Origin: Schmidtea polychroa
Taxonomy: Eukaryota
Assembly: GCA_044892525.1 (NCBI GenBank)
Contig: CM097885.1
Coordinates: 496,001-560,000 of the forward strand
DNA length: 64,000 bases
Direction of reading: 5' to 3'
This document shows positions 25,521-39,757 of this stretch, in pieces. Under the pieces are notes generated by a model that was not told where the DNA came from, searched no databases, and worked only from the letters and a program-made list of their open reading frames with translations. Each line of letters starts with the position of its first letter. Within the stretch, counting starts at the first letter, position 1. Position numbers and translations under genes: made by a program.

Positions 25521-26700
25521 CGCTCTTCCTCTATTTTTGAAGGCTTTCTTAAATCGGCATCCAAGCTAGTTCGCTGGTCATGTTTTCGGTTATTGGGAGT
25601 CATTTCCCAATATTTTTGATTTCAAGCTTTGGCTGGGTGCTTTGTTTTGCCTGTGTTTTAATAGAATGGGAATAGGTACCTTTTCTTGGAGAGATGCCTT
25701 TTCAGGAATGGGGATGTTGAAGTGATGGACTCCTTCTCCTGGTAGTATTCCTCACTATATCTGCTTATGTTTTTGATGTAGCTTCTTTTTCATTCATTCT
25801 GTTTTCGTCTAAGTACCTAATGATATAGATAAATATTGGAACTGGGGCATAATTTATTCATAATCCGAAGGCTTCAATGGTTATACGTCAGCTGCCTCCT
25901 GGCTTCTCTGATAAAGTTCTCTTTTTCTCCTTGGAATTGCCGCCTATTTCTGCGCAGTGCTAGGAATCTTATATTGGAGTGATTCTCCGAAGCACTGGTA
26001 AACGGCGGGAGTTATATTGTAACGATTGTTTTTGGAATATTGCATGTAATATTTTTACGGAAAAGAGGTGCTAGGAAGTGATTCTCCTAAGCGTTGGGAA
26101 ACGGCGGGAGTAATCTGGTAATAATTTGAGTTTCTGAATAACATTAAAGAAATATTTTCACGGTAAAAAAGGGGACCTCCATCCGGCATTGGATCATCCT
26201 CCTGCAGCAGAATTATCTTTTTCATTTTCCTTAACTTTTAATTTTTCTATTTCTTTAAGCTTTTTATAGAAAACTTTATTATCCTTTTCTATATTTGAAA
26301 ATTTTACATTATTAAAAGCGAAAATATCATTAATACCGCAATTTTGATTATTAATTACCGTTATTTTAGCTTTCGGATAATTTTGAAATAATAAATATGG
26401 CATTTTCATGCTTTTCCTTGTCATCGGGCGAGATTTTTTTCCAATCGGCCAGTGTGATTCCATCAAGTCCTGGAGCAGTGTTTTGGAGTACTGAGAAGAT
26501 TTATTATTTAGGATCTTCGTTATCTCCCTTACTACAAGGGACTTGGGATGTAGACCAGTCGTCCACCGTAAACACTACTTTAACCACTGGAACAATCATG
26601 TGAGTCATATCAAATGTCTTAAGTGAATAAGGAAGTTTGGAATTAGAGTCGAACGAACGAACTATATAGTCGCGAAGTCCAGCTAAGTGCTCATTTATTT

Positions 26701-28166
26701 TTAATCCATTGGCGTCTCTTGTAGGAACAACGGTTTATTCCATTTTGCCAATTGTGACCTGACCGCTTCGTTCTCGGCCAATAAGCTTATCCTCTCATCC
26801 CTGCACTCATCAATACGTCTAAGCCTATCACGCTTCGCAAATAGTACCTCTGCCAACAGGGCTGGCACACCCAGCCCCCCCATTTTTAATTTTACTATTT
26901 ATAAATGATGAACAAGTATCGGTTGGCAGGTGTAACCATTTGCGAACCGCGCCTCTAGTCATTTTATCCAATACCCCTAGTTCGGTGGTATCGGTTTCCC
27001 CCAGCATAGCCTCATGTAAGATACCTGGTATCAAAAAGTCACTAAGCACCTCTAACTTTTGTTGCGGCTTAATAGGTGCCCTCGTAATATACTCAAGACG
27101 TTTAGTATAAAGATTGGATAGCTTTTTAGTAGTGCGACCAAGGGCTCCAAATTGGATCCCCAAATACTTATAGTAGTAGTCAGCTGACAAGGCAGGGAAC
27201 TCTTCCCCATCAGCACTTACCTTTTCGTTAGTAACCATCCATTTTTTCTGCTTGCCGTCCCATCGCGCTATAATGGAGGCACTCTTACTTGGATTAACAC
27301 TAAGGCCATTAGAAGCCAATTCATTTAAAACCGTTGTTAACAGGTGTTCTAACCCCGCTTTGGTTTCACTAACTATTACTAAGTCGTCGGCATACGCCAA
27401 AATGGGATAGGTTATTCCCCCCAACTTATAGCCAATACCAGTTTCAAATGCTTTCTGGATGGCGAGATCGATTACATTGTTGAACAGCGCGGGTGAAAGC
27501 GGGTCGCCCTGTTTCACCCCCCTGTTAAACTTTGCCCCAATGCCATCGACCGTAGTTGTAGCATTGTTATAGCTCTCTTTAACCAACCTTAAAAGCAATT
27601 CGGGATAACCCGCTAGTTTCGCCGCTCTCATGATACTATCATGATTCACAGAATCGAAGGCCTTTTTCATATCGACAAAGGCAATTGCTACATTCCTAAA
27701 TTTAGTTCGCGCATCAGAAAGGATGCAATCCAGCAAAGTGGTGTTTTCAAGGCACCCATCCACTGGCTTAAACCCCTTCTGTGCATTCGAACCCCAGCGA
27801 CAACTACTTACTCTTGCCTCCAAGATCTTATTAAGTGTCCTAGTTAACACTGAGTTAACGGAAATAGGCCTATAGTCCCCTGGACTTTTGGGGTTTTCAA
27901 CTTTTGGGATTAATGAGGTTCGTGCTGTCTTTAATACTGGGGGTAAATGTCCTAGAGCTAATATAAGATTAAACAACTTGAAGAGCGCAGCATGCGGTAT
28001 AGTTATCAAGGCCTTCGCGCTAATGCCTTCAGGACCACTAGCCGTTTTCAATTTCATCTTTTGCACAGCAGCTGCGATCTCCTCTAATGAGATATGTGCA
28101 GCTACTGTGTGCAGCTCCATGCCCATCCCCTTCCTCTTGTCTTCTAACTCTTTAAACACTGCTTTA
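26701..28166 (-). pseudogene. R2-like non-LTR reverse transcriptase, truncated; internal deletion and +1 C frameshift at ~26875-26881
   Basis: SGPEGI, DYRPISV, QKGF, DGCLEN, FVDMKKAFDSV, GVKQGDPLSP, YADDL, YKYLG; no endonuclease domain. Confidence 0.93.
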
Positions 28167-28329
28167 TATTAAAAAAAAAAAAAAAAAAAAAAAATCAAAT
28201 TTTATTTTAATCAATTGACGGCACTTGGCCAAGAAGGGGAGAACTTCTCACCCTTAGAGTTCTGTAGCTTTTAATTCAATGACCGATGGATACCAGAGTT
28301 ATAAACTCAGGTATCAGAACGTGGGTTTC

Positions 28330-28800
28330 CAAATGGGTTGGAGTAATTGGAGTATTTGGAGTAATAGGAGCAGTTGGAGTAATTGGAGCAGTTGGAGTAA
28401 TTGTAGCAATTGGAGTAATTGTAGCAGTTGGAGCAATTGTAGCAGTTGGAGTAATTGGAGCAGTTGGAGTTGGAAATCGTCATTTAGTTGGGAGAAAGAT
28501 GGTGTCAGATTTATGGATTCTGCAATATTGGTAACATTATCGTGGTAGAGTTTTGGGAAGTCATCATCGTAGGAGTTTTCAGTAGTTTAAAGATTTGGTG
28601 CAAGTGTTCAGAATTTAGAGGTTTGGATTGGTCTTGATAGGTGGAGGTGATCGATATTGCAAGATTATTGATGTTGGTGTATATTTCACTGTTTGGATTG
28701 ATTGTAGTAGTTGGCGTGAATGGAGCAGTTGGAGCAAATAGAGCGGTTGTAGTAAATGGAGCAGTTGGAGCAGTTGGAGTAAATGGAGCAGTTGGGGAGT
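28330..28800. repeat. 9-bp low-complexity repeats (GGAGCAGTT/GGAGTAATT; PTAPIT on minus); copies at ~39050-39510 and ~58155-58625
   Basis: Visible 9-bp periodicity. Possibly a decayed Pro/Thr-rich retroelement N-terminus. Confidence 0.8.
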
Positions 28801-29046
28801 TGGTTGAATTAGAGAGTTTAGATATTTATATAGTTGATTAATAATAGTTAATAATATAGATAATAACCATAAAACACAAATAGAATAGGATAATGCTCTG
28901 AGTACATATTATATACGAAATATCTGGAATTCAAGATTGGTTTAATAAGAGACAAAGAAAATTGTAAAAGGGTGATATATAGTAACCATAGAATACAAAT
29001 AAATAAAAGATGCTTTGGCTACAAAAAGATAGATATATAAGTATAA

Positions 29047-30296
29047 TTAATTTTTATATATATGTTGACGATATATTTGGTAGCTGCTATTGATTGCAGC
29101 TACACATGCTATTTTGGCTAGCTCCTTTATTTCATTATTGGATAGGCCAATAATTTTAAGTATCGAGTCATTATTTTTGTCCCATGAGCCAAGGGTGCCA
29201 ACTACGAGGGCATGTAGAGTGTATGGGCATTTATGGAGTCTACCAATTTCCTCTCCTAGTTCCTTATATTTATTATAGTTTTTTCTCCTAGAGTTGTCGT
29301 AGTTTTCTCTGTTACGCTTAGACTTTAGAAGAAGATCGGGCTTAAGGGTGGAGTTGGTACCTTCAGGTATTTTCTCTATGTCTACTTCATAGTTAACAGA
29401 TATAAGGAAGTTTGCCACAGTTTCTAGGACATTATCATGCTTATTTCGTCTTGCATTAATACGTGCTTGGCAATGATTGAAGATGTGTGCAGGTGTTTCC
29501 GGGTGGGCATGGCAGTGCCGGCAGAGTATAGATTTATTAGTCTTTAGGCGGTGTGGTGAGTAGTTCAGTTTTAGAAGGTTGTTGCGTGCGCGAATAAGAA
29601 AAAGGAATTGGGCATCAGGAAGGATGTCACTTTTAAAGAAATAGTCGGCAATGTTGCTTTCGCTAATTGCCTTTGCCATATAGCCCTGGCATTTCATCGC
29701 ACACCAACGTTCAGCATGGATAAGGCCAATAATGGAGTGCAGTTCAGCTGACGTTCTATCCACATTACCCAGGGAGAAGTAATTGATACGACTCTTATAT
29801 TTTATTTCAAGCTGTAGAAGATCCTCAAGCATTATGATTTTCGTAGATATACCGTATTTAAGAAGCAGACGTCGGGCCAATTTTTTAAATTTCGAGAAGA
29901 TGGAGAATGTTGGGTAGGTTTTAGAGAGTTGGCCATTCAGCCAGGACAGTGCAACATTTAAATCTCCTTGTCCTCTAGCCTCGATAAGTTCGGCAGTAAT
30001 GAGAGTCTTAAAGTTAAGATCGCTAGAATTTAATGCCCTAATAAGCTGTACAATGCTTTGAATAAGGTATTCTTCAATGGAAGATACAAGTCCAAGTCCT
30101 CCAAGCTTGCAAGCTGCATATAAGAAGTTGTCATTCAGTTGCATTATCTTATCTCCGATGGATCTTTTAATACCCTGTTTAATTTGCAGGTCAAATCCAT
30201 ATTGTTGTATTTCAGAGTTACGAAGGATGTTGCGGGGAGAGTCTAGAATGTTATGGTTTATAACACAGTTTCTAAAGGTAAAGTTCAAGCGAGAGT
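29047..30296 (-). pseudogene. 3' part of a NeSL/Utopia-like RLE retrotransposon ORF, cut by the unit junction
   Basis: GGLGL, CRHC...ETPAHIFNHC knuckle, RRNKHDNV, KPDLL, KYKEL, VGTLGSW. Confidence 0.9.
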
Positions 30297-32472
30297 TTAC
30301 GCAAAAATTTGCAAATTATTATTATTTTACAAATTTTATTTACTAAAAAATAAAAATTTACTAAATTAAAAATATTAACATTTACTTATTTAAAATTAAA
30401 AAACCAATCAATAAAAATGCATCCAATTATCAAGAAATTAATTAAATTTATCTTAGAACTAACTTAAAATTTTTAAATATTCATTCTGTCCACATGAAAT
30501 TCATGAAAATGATAAAAATTCACAAAAACCATCAACTCTAAAAAAAAAATTACTAAGGAATACCTTAAACACAAATATTTATCTAAATAATCTTTCAAAT
30601 TAATTCATTAAAATTGAAGACAACACGCTCTATTTCGTCATTACATTCAATTAAAATTAAATAAATCAAGATAAGAACTTTGATAAAAAATATTATTCTA
30701 AAATGGTAAGAATTAACACTGTAGTGTTAAATGAAAAGGTAATTATTCTTTAAATCTAATTATAATTATAATCATAATTTTCTTTAATTTAACCGTTTAT
30801 TTACTTAATTTAGTCCTTGTTTACCGAATATAGAAGTTTAAAATATAGACCATTGATTACTTTAATTTAAAAATGTATCCCTTAATTTAAATAATTTCCA
30901 TCTAAAATTTTTTCAAAAAAATTTTTTTTCTAAAATTGTCATTGAAAAATATTTCATAAAAATTTTCATTAAAAATTATCTTAAAAATTATTCCATAAAA
31001 ATTTCCATCTAAAATTACTTAAAAAAATATTTCATAAAAATTTTCATTAAAAAATTTCAATTCTCAAACACCTTCTATTATTTTGTTAATAAATTTAAAA
31101 TCTTACTTTAATTTGCTTATTACATTACTTATTTAAAAATTATTACTTTAATTTACTTATTTAAAATATTTGACCATTGATTACTTAATTTAAAAATTAG
31201 GACCTTTATTAACTTTAATTTAATTTTTTAGAACCTTAATTTACTTTAATTTTAAATTTTGACCTTTAATTAACTTTAATTCAAAATTTGGACCTTAATT
31301 TACTTTAATTGAAAATTTTAGACCTTAATTTACTTAATTGAAATTTTAGACCTTAATTTACTTAAGTTTAAAAATATATACCATAATTTACTTTACTTTT
31401 AAATTTTAGACCATAATTTACTTAATTGAAAATTTTAGACCTAATTTAATTTAAATGAAAATTTTAGACCTTAATTTACTTAATTGAAATTTTAGACCTT
31501 AATTTACTTAAGTTTAAAAATATATACCATAATTTACTGTAATTGAAAAATTCGAGCGACTAATTTATTGGTTAACTTTGCAGTCATTTAAAGCAAAAAT
31601 TAATTTATTCATCTAATGTTCGTTACAATAGTTAATAATATGAGAAAAATATGGTCATTATTCATTGATAATTTTAAATTCTTTATCATTTGGAGTAAAT
31701 TTGTTTGAGGCAAAAATAATTAAAAGAGTCATAATAGAAATATGGTTATCATTTAACCAATTAATGGGCTTATTAGTTAGAAATATATATATTATAAAGT
31801 AACAATTATTTTCTAATTTAATTAGTAGATCATTAGACGTAATATATCTTTGCGAGAAATTTAAAATGTTTGAGTAACCAAAACATGGATATTTTGTGCG
31901 ATAAATTTATGAATATTGGTTGATTTTGTTATTTTTAGTCATTTAAAATAATATTTAGCAAAGGTAATTTAGCAAAATATCCACCCGATAACAATATTCC
32001 TTCAATAGATTAACTGATATTCAACCTATTTAATTTCTGGAAATATAATTAAAATCATAAATTTCCTTCAATAAAGTTAAATCAAAAACGCAAGAGACGA
32101 TCAAGCAAATCAAGAATTAAAAAATAAACACATTGCAGAAACAGAATTTATATAAAGTCAAACCCTGACTCCTCCAACAGATTCAAGTCTAAATAAAATT
32201 CAATCAAAAGCAATAACACTGGTAAGTAGGACTCCAACCCACTTTCAAGGTCATGAAATATGTCCAGATCAAATATAGGTCAATTGAATCATTTATTTTT
32301 AAATTAACATTTTCTTTATTTACTTCTTTTTAATTTTTTCTTTTTAATTATATTAATTAATTATTTTATTTTGTTTTATTTTAATTACTTACTTTAGTTA
32401 ATTTTTAATTTATTACATTAATTAATTTCTTAGTTTATTAATATTTTATTTTAATTACTTACGCTATTTAAA

Positions 32473-32533
<61 letters not shown>

Positions 32534-33232
32534 TATTTTATTTATTTCTTTATTTTTTCTTAAATTTTACATTTACATTATATTCTAACAAGAGAGTTAA
32601 TTATAACAATAATATTTCAATTTGTATAAAATTTTAATTAGTAATTATTCAATTTGAATAAAATATTTATTAGAAATTATTTAATTTATTATAAAATAAA
32701 ACGCTGTGTTAATTTTAAATAAACTGGATATTAATTTTTTGGAAAAAATAAATAAATAAAATAGTCTAAAAGGTTAAATTATGGTCTAAAATTTAAAATT
32801 TAAAAATTGAAAATTGAAAATTAATATCTAAACTAATCAAACTAAATCAAACGCTATAACCTTAATTCAAGAATTCACTAAAGTAGATCAGAAGATATTA
32901 ATTATCAAAATGTAACAAAGACTCTGAAATTCATCAAATTTATCTAATGACCTGGTGATATTCAATACCATTCTCAAGAATGCTAAAGTCGGGAATTCTT
33001 TGAATTTAACAAATAAATAAAAAATTAAATAAAAAATTATTGTTGATTATAGTTTATCATTAATTATTTTTTTGTTAGGGGTTGTAAAGAAAATACTTTG
33101 TCAACACAAGATTTTTAAACTTATTAACAAAAAGTTGGAATAATAGTCAGTAATTGAGAATTGAAATTTTTTAATGAAAATCTTTAATAGAAATGTTTTA
33201 AGATAATTTTTAATGATAATAAAAAGAAAGAA

Positions 33233-33508
33233 CCTTATTTAATGCTATATCCTCTATAGCACTTAAAAAACTCTCGACGCAATCTAAACCTATGAACTGT
33301 TGATAAGATTTTGATCCATCAAAGTTATTTACAAGTAAAAGACCAGAAGATATTGGCATGTGTCATTTGAAATGAACATTATCAGAAGGTAAAATAGCCT
33401 CAAAATCGGCATCAACTACAAAAGGAGGAGTTACTGTTTTCGACCAGTCAGTAAACTGTAATAATTTATTTTGAGGGAAGGTGTAAATAGTTGTTCCTAA
33501 CTGATTTT
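33233..33508 (-). pseudogene. pPolB ExoI fragment, U2 copy
   Basis: Near-identical to 22997-23272. Confidence 0.8.
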
Positions 33509-36500
33509 TTATGTGTTTAGTTAATGTTTATATGTTTTGTTATGTGTCTAGTTATTTTTATGTGTTTAGTTAATTTTTATGTGTTGTATAGTATTTGGTT
33601 GAAATAATAATATTATTATTAATCTATAAAAAAAAATTTCATTAAAAAAATTTACTTAAAAAATTAATCCACTAAAATTTTCGTTGAAAATTATCTTAAA
33701 AAATTTTTATTAAAGATTTTCATTAAAAAATTTTTCAATTCTTAATTACTGACTATTATTCCAACTTTTTGTTAATAAATTTAAAAATCTTACTTTAATT
33801 TTCTTATTACTTTAATTAAAAAATTTGAAACTTAATTTACTTATTTCAGCCCATTGATTACCAAATATATCTATTAATTTACTTTAATTCAAAAATCTTA
33901 GCCCATAATTTACTATATTTCAATTTTTAGACCCTTAATTTACTGTAATTCAATTTTTGAACCATCATTTACTTTAATTTTAAATTTAAGAACCATAATT
34001 TACTTTAGTTTAAAAATTTGAACCTTTATTAACTAATAAAAGTTAAATTATCATTTTCAATTAATATTTTACAAACATAAAATTACAATATTTGAAATTC
34101 TAAATATCTCTATTAACATGTTTGCAATTAATTTTAAAAATACAAAAATTTTACAAAATTTTCAAATTGAATATTAAATATTTTTTTAATTTGCATTTGA
34201 TAATGTTTATTCTTAATAAGATTTTCCCATGAGAAAATTCATATTTGTTTAAATGCAAAACTTTAAATTTAATTCTATAAAAAAAAATTATTTTTCAAGA
34301 CGTCTAAAAGCTCTAGGACAAGAAGAAAATACAGTTTAGAAAGGTAGTGAGTGAATTTCCTAATGAATTACAGAAGGGTATAGGACAAAGTTCCAGTTCT
34401 CTATTCTCAATTTATCATCAATCAGCAGCAACATTGACAAAGTTTATCTTAAACAAGCTGCAAATTTATATATAAAATTACATAAAAATTGTTGATAAAT
34501 TGTTAAAGTTTTAATAATATATTTCGAATAATAAAAATTTCCCTTGATAAAATTCTGAATATGAAATAAATATTAAAAATTATATTAAAATTTAAAACTG
34601 TAAAAATTTTAAATTTTATTTATAAATTTCATTTTTAAATTGTTTTATTAATCAATTTATTAGAAAATAATCTTAATGAAGCATTTTAAGTATTATTTTA
34701 GTTTTAACTAATTTTTCTAAATTTTATTTAAATTTATTTTTGTAGTCGTTTATGATATGGAGGCCTTTAAGCAGTTAGTCTTAGTTAACGTAGCTCTCTT
34801 TGCTGGAAATAATACAAATTACCTTTTACCTTGACTGCATTGATGGAGGTGCTACTCGTCATGAACCTACCTCATGCAGTTATCCATTTGTATGCCGAAT
34901 GTCCTTTACCGTCAAACTTCCTGTGGCTTCGTCATAATCGTTCTTATTGGTCTAACAATGTACCGCACTACGTCGATCCCTCTTATAAGGTTTCTGAATT
35001 TCAACATTTTGCTCTTATCATAGCCCATTTTTGACTGCTTTGGTGACAACATTAGAGTGCCTTCTTTTATTTTTTACCTTTTTAGGATCTGACCTTCACA
35101 GTGGATACATAAAGATTTTCAGCAAAAGCCTCAGCGATATGTCCTTGTAATTTCATTTATTTCCATTTTCAGCGTAGATTAGACTAGTAATGTCGTGTAA
35201 TTCTGAACACTTCTCATGCTTTCTTTCTTTATTTTCAATTTCTAGTTTATTATTTACATCCATCATTTTTATTTTTATTCTGATATTGCATTTATTATTT
35301 CTATGTAGATAGTTTAATACCTAAATCGGTATTCCTTACTAAATCGAAAGGTTTAAGCGGTCCTTACACATGCATCATACTGATCCCAGTTGGTGTATAA
35401 AATAAACTGCATTAATGAAGGTTCGAACCTTCATCGTTTTCTCTCTTGCAGTCAGTCATTTGTGTGGACCTTGTATTTCTTTGTCTTTTTTGCCAGATCC
35501 TCTATCTCAGTGGTAGATAATCCTTAGTATTGTGTATATTTACTTTACCAATTTACTTTTACCAACTGTGCTTTAACAGCTTCGTACTCGGCCAGTGAGC
35601 TTATCCTTTCATCCCTGCACTCTTCAATTCGCCTATCACGCTTCGCAAATAGAACCTCTGCTACTTGTTTGAATTCTTTCTGTGCATTCGAACCCCAACG
35701 GCAACTACTTACTCTTGCCGCTAGTATCTTTTTAAGTGTCCTAGTTAAAACTGAGCACGCTCTTCCTCTATTTTTGAAGGCTTTCTTAAATCGGCATCCA
35801 AGCTAGTTCGCTGGTCATGTTTTCGGTTATTGGGAGTCATTTCCCAATATTTTTGATTTCAAGCTTTGGCTGGGTGCTTTGTTTTGCCTGTGTTTTAATA
35901 GAATGGGAATAGGTACCTTTTCTCGGAGAGATGCTTTTTCAGGAATGGTGATGTTGAAGTGATGGACTCCTTCTCCTGGTAGTATTCCTCACTATATCTG
36001 CTTATGTTTTTGATGTAGCTTCTTTTGCATTCATTCTGTTTTCGTCTAAGTACCTAATGATATAGATAAATATTGGAACTGGGGCATAATTTATTCATAA
36101 TCCGAAGGCTTCAATGGTTATACGTCAGCTGCCTCCTGGCTTCTCTGATAAAGTTCTCTTTTTCTCCTTGGAATTGCCGCCTATTTCTACGCAGTGCTAG
36201 GAATCTTATATTGGAGTGATTCTCCGAAGCACTGGTAAACGGCGGGAGTTATATTGTAACGATTGTTTTTGGAATATTGCATGTAATATTTTTACGGAAA
36301 AGAGGTGCTAGGAAGTGATTCTCCTAAGTGCTGGGAAACGGCGGGAGTAATCTGGTAATAATTTGAGTTTCTGAATAACATTAAAGAAATATTTTCACGG
36401 TAAAAAAGGGGACCTCCATCCGGCATTGGATCATCCTCCTGCAGCAGAATTATCTTTTTCATTTTCCTTAACTTTTAATTTTTCTATTTCTTTAAGCTTT

Positions 36501-36937
36501 TTATAGAAAACTTTATTATCCTTTTCTATATTTGAAAATTTTACATTATTAAAAGCGAAAATATCATTAATACCGCAATTTTGATTATTAATTACCGTTA
36601 TTTTAGCTTTCGGATAATTTTGAAATAATAAATATGGCATTTTCATGCTTTTCCTTGTCATCGGGCGAGATTTTTTTCCAATCGGCCAGTGTGATTCCAT
36701 CAAGTCCTGGAGCAGTGTTTTGGAGTACTGAGAAGATTTATTATTTAGGATCTTCGTTATCTCCCTTACTACAAGGGACTTGGGATGTAGACCAGTCGTC
36801 CACCGTAAACACTACTTTAACCACTGGAACAATCATGTGAGTCATATCAAATGTCTTAAGTGAATAAGGAAGTTTGGAATTAGAGTCGAACGAACGAACT
36901 ATATAGTCGCGAAGTCCAGCTAAGTGCTCATTTATTT

Positions 36938-38887
36938 TTAATCCATTGGCGTCTCTTGTAGGAACAACGGTTTATTCCATTTTGCCAATTGTGACCTGAC
37001 CGCTTCGTTCTCGGCCAATAAGCTTATCCTCTCATCCCTGCACTCATCAATACGTCTAAGCCTATAACGCTTCGCAAATAGTACCTCTGCCAACAGGGCT
37101 GGCACACCCAGCCCCCCATTTTTAATTTTACTATTTATAAATGATGAACAAGTATCGGTTGGCAGGTGTAACCATTTGCGAACCGCGCCTCTAGTCATTT
37201 TATCCAATACCCCTAGTTCGGTGGTATCGGTTTCCCCCAGCATAGCCTCATGTAAGATACCTGGTATCAAAAAGTCACTAAGCACCTCTAACTTTTGTTG
37301 CGGCTTAATAGGTGCCCTCGTAATATACTCAAGACGTTTAGTATAAAGATTGGATAGCTTTTTAGTAGTGCGACCAAGGGCTCCAAATTGGATCCCCAAA
37401 TACTTATAGTAGTAGTCAGCTGACAAGGCAGGGAACTCTTCCCCATCAGCACTTACCTTTTCGTTAGTAACCATCCATTTTTTCTGCTTGCCGTCCCATC
37501 GCGCTATAATGGAGGCACTCTTACTTGGATTAACACTAAGGCCATTAGAAGCCAATTCATTTAAAACCGTTGTTAACAGGTGTTCTAACCCCGCTTTGGT
37601 TTCACTAACTATTACTAAGTCGTCGGCATACGCCAAAATGGGATAGGTTATTCCCCCCAACTTATAGCCAATACCAGTTTCAAATGCTTTCTGGATGGCG
37701 AGATCGATTACATTGTTGAACAGCGCGGGTGAAAGCGGGTCGCCCTGTTTCACCCCCCTGTTAAACTTTGCCCCAATGCCATCGACCGTAGTTGTAGCAT
37801 TGTTATAGCTCTCTTTAACCAACCTTAAAAGCAATTCGGGATAACCCGCTAGTTTCGCCGCTCTCATGATACTATCATGATTCACAGAATCGAAGGCCTT
37901 TTTCATATCGACAAAGGCAATTGCTACATTCCTAAATTTAGTTCGCGCATCAGAAAGGATGCAATCCAGCAAAGTGGTGTTTTCAAGGCACCCATCCACT
38001 GGCTTAAACCCCTTCTGTGCATTCGAACCCCAGCGACAACTACTTACTCTTGCCTCCAAGATCTTATTAAGTGTCCTAGTTAACACTGAGTTAACGGAAA
38101 TAGGCCTATAGTCCCCTGGACTTTTGGGGTTTTCAACTTTTGGGATTAATGAGGTTCGTGCTGTCTTTAATACTGGGGGTAAATGTCCTAGAGCTAATAT
38201 AAGATTAAACAACTTGAAGAGCGCAGCATGCGGTATAGTTATCAAGGCCTTCGCGCTAATGCCTTCAGGACCACTAGCCGTTTTCAATTTCATCTTTTGC
38301 ACAGCAGCTGCGATCTCCTCTAATGAGATGTGTGCAGCTACTGACTTATCCTCAGTTGTCCTCTGGACAGGCCGGGTATCGGGTTCAGACTCTTTTTCGA
38401 AAACCTGTTTCCAATAGTCCCCTCTACCCGGCATTGGATCATCCTCCAACAGCAGACTATCCAGCTTACCTTCAAGGATAGTGCTAGCGGCCGCACTTCG
38501 ATCCTTCTGGAATAATCTCTGCAAAGCACCATAAATAGCTCTCTTCCTAGCTATCTTTATGTGCTTTTTAACCTTTGTACCATCCACGGGGACCTGGTAC
38601 GTTTGGTTAAACTTGTTTTTCCTCTTTTTGAGTTTTACTTGAAACTGCTTAGTTACTGATAAGCAATATTCACTGATATACAATAAACTCGTTGAGAATT
38701 TTCATCTTCAGTAAGGATGATCCTATCCAGTTGGTCCTCATGCCAAATGCTATGACCCTTGCTTCGAGGGAATTTCCTTAAAATAGTCATGATGTCTGGA
38801 GATGGACTCGGGGCTTGTGGGTTCTCCATCGCCTGCTCCATGCCCATCCCCTTCCTCTTGTCTTCTAACTCTTTAAACACTGCTTTA
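36938..38887 (-). pseudogene. R2-like non-LTR retrotransposon RT, longest copy (581-aa ORF plus a frameshifted upstream piece); 5' and 3' truncated
   Basis: R2-type pre-RT motif RKRAIYGALQRLFQKDRS, full RT motif set, thumb KPQQKL...WLHLP...GGLG; stops before the CCHC/RLE region. Confidence 0.93.
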
Positions 38888-39757
38888 TATTAAAAAAAAA
38901 AAAAAAAAAAAAAATCAAATTTTATTTTAATCAATTGACGGCACTTGGCCAAGAAGGGGAGAACTTCTCACCCTTAGAGTTCTGTAGCTTTTAATTCAAT
39001 GACCGATGGATACCAGAGTTATAAACTCAGGTATCAGAACGTGGGTTTCCAAATGGGTTGGAGTATTTGGAGTAATAGGAGCAGTTGGAGTAGTTGGAGT
39101 AATTGGAGCAGTTGGAGTAATTGTAGCAATTGGAGTAATTGTAGCAGTTGGAGCAATTGTAGCAGTTGGAGTAATTGGAGCAGTTGGGGTTGGAAATCGT
39201 CATTTAGTTGGGAGAAAGATGGTGTCAGATTTATGGATTCTGCAATAGTGGTAACATTATCGTGGTAGAGTTTTGGGAAGTCATCATCGTAGGAGTTTTC
39301 AGTAGTTTAAAGATTTGGTGCAAGTGTTCAGAATTTAGAGGTTTGGATTGGTCTTGATAGGTGGAGGTGATCGATATTGCAAGATTATTGATGTTGGTGT
39401 ATATTTCACTGTTTGGATTGATTGTAGTAGTTGGCGTGAATGGAGCAGTTGGAGCAAATAGAGCGGTTGGAGTAAATGGAGCAGTTGGAGTAAATGGAGC
39501 AGTTGGGGAGTTGGTTGAATTAGAGAGTTTAGATATTTATATAGTTGATTAATAATAGTTAATAATATAGATAATAACCATAAAACACAAATAGAATAGG
39601 ATAATGCTCTGAGTACATATTATATACGAAATATCTGGAATTCAAGATTGGTTTAATAAGAGACAAAGAAAATTGTAAAAGGGTGATATATAGTAACCAT
39701 AGAATACATATAAATAAAAGATGCTTTGGCTACAAAAAGATAGATATATAAGTATAA

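Larger units (their letters stand above)
20032..30294. repeat. Tandem segmental unit U1 (~10.26 kb)
   Basis: GTTTACGCAAAAATTTGC starts units at 20032, 30295 and 60121. Identical ORFs at 24594, 34831 and 54421. Confidence 0.97.

Noticed and set aside
27641..28172. Plus-strand ORFs overlapping the RT (and similar ORFs antisense to pPolB and other genes)
   Set aside because: Antisense shadows of real coding frames.
28171..28194. Poly(A) tract as the retrotransposon tail
   Set aside because: It is poly(T) on the elements' coding strand, so it is the wrong orientation for either flanking element.
28279..28841. Plus-strand VGVIGA/WSNWS ORFs as membrane or antifreeze proteins
   Set aside because: 9-bp repeats keep several frames open; no independent coding evidence.
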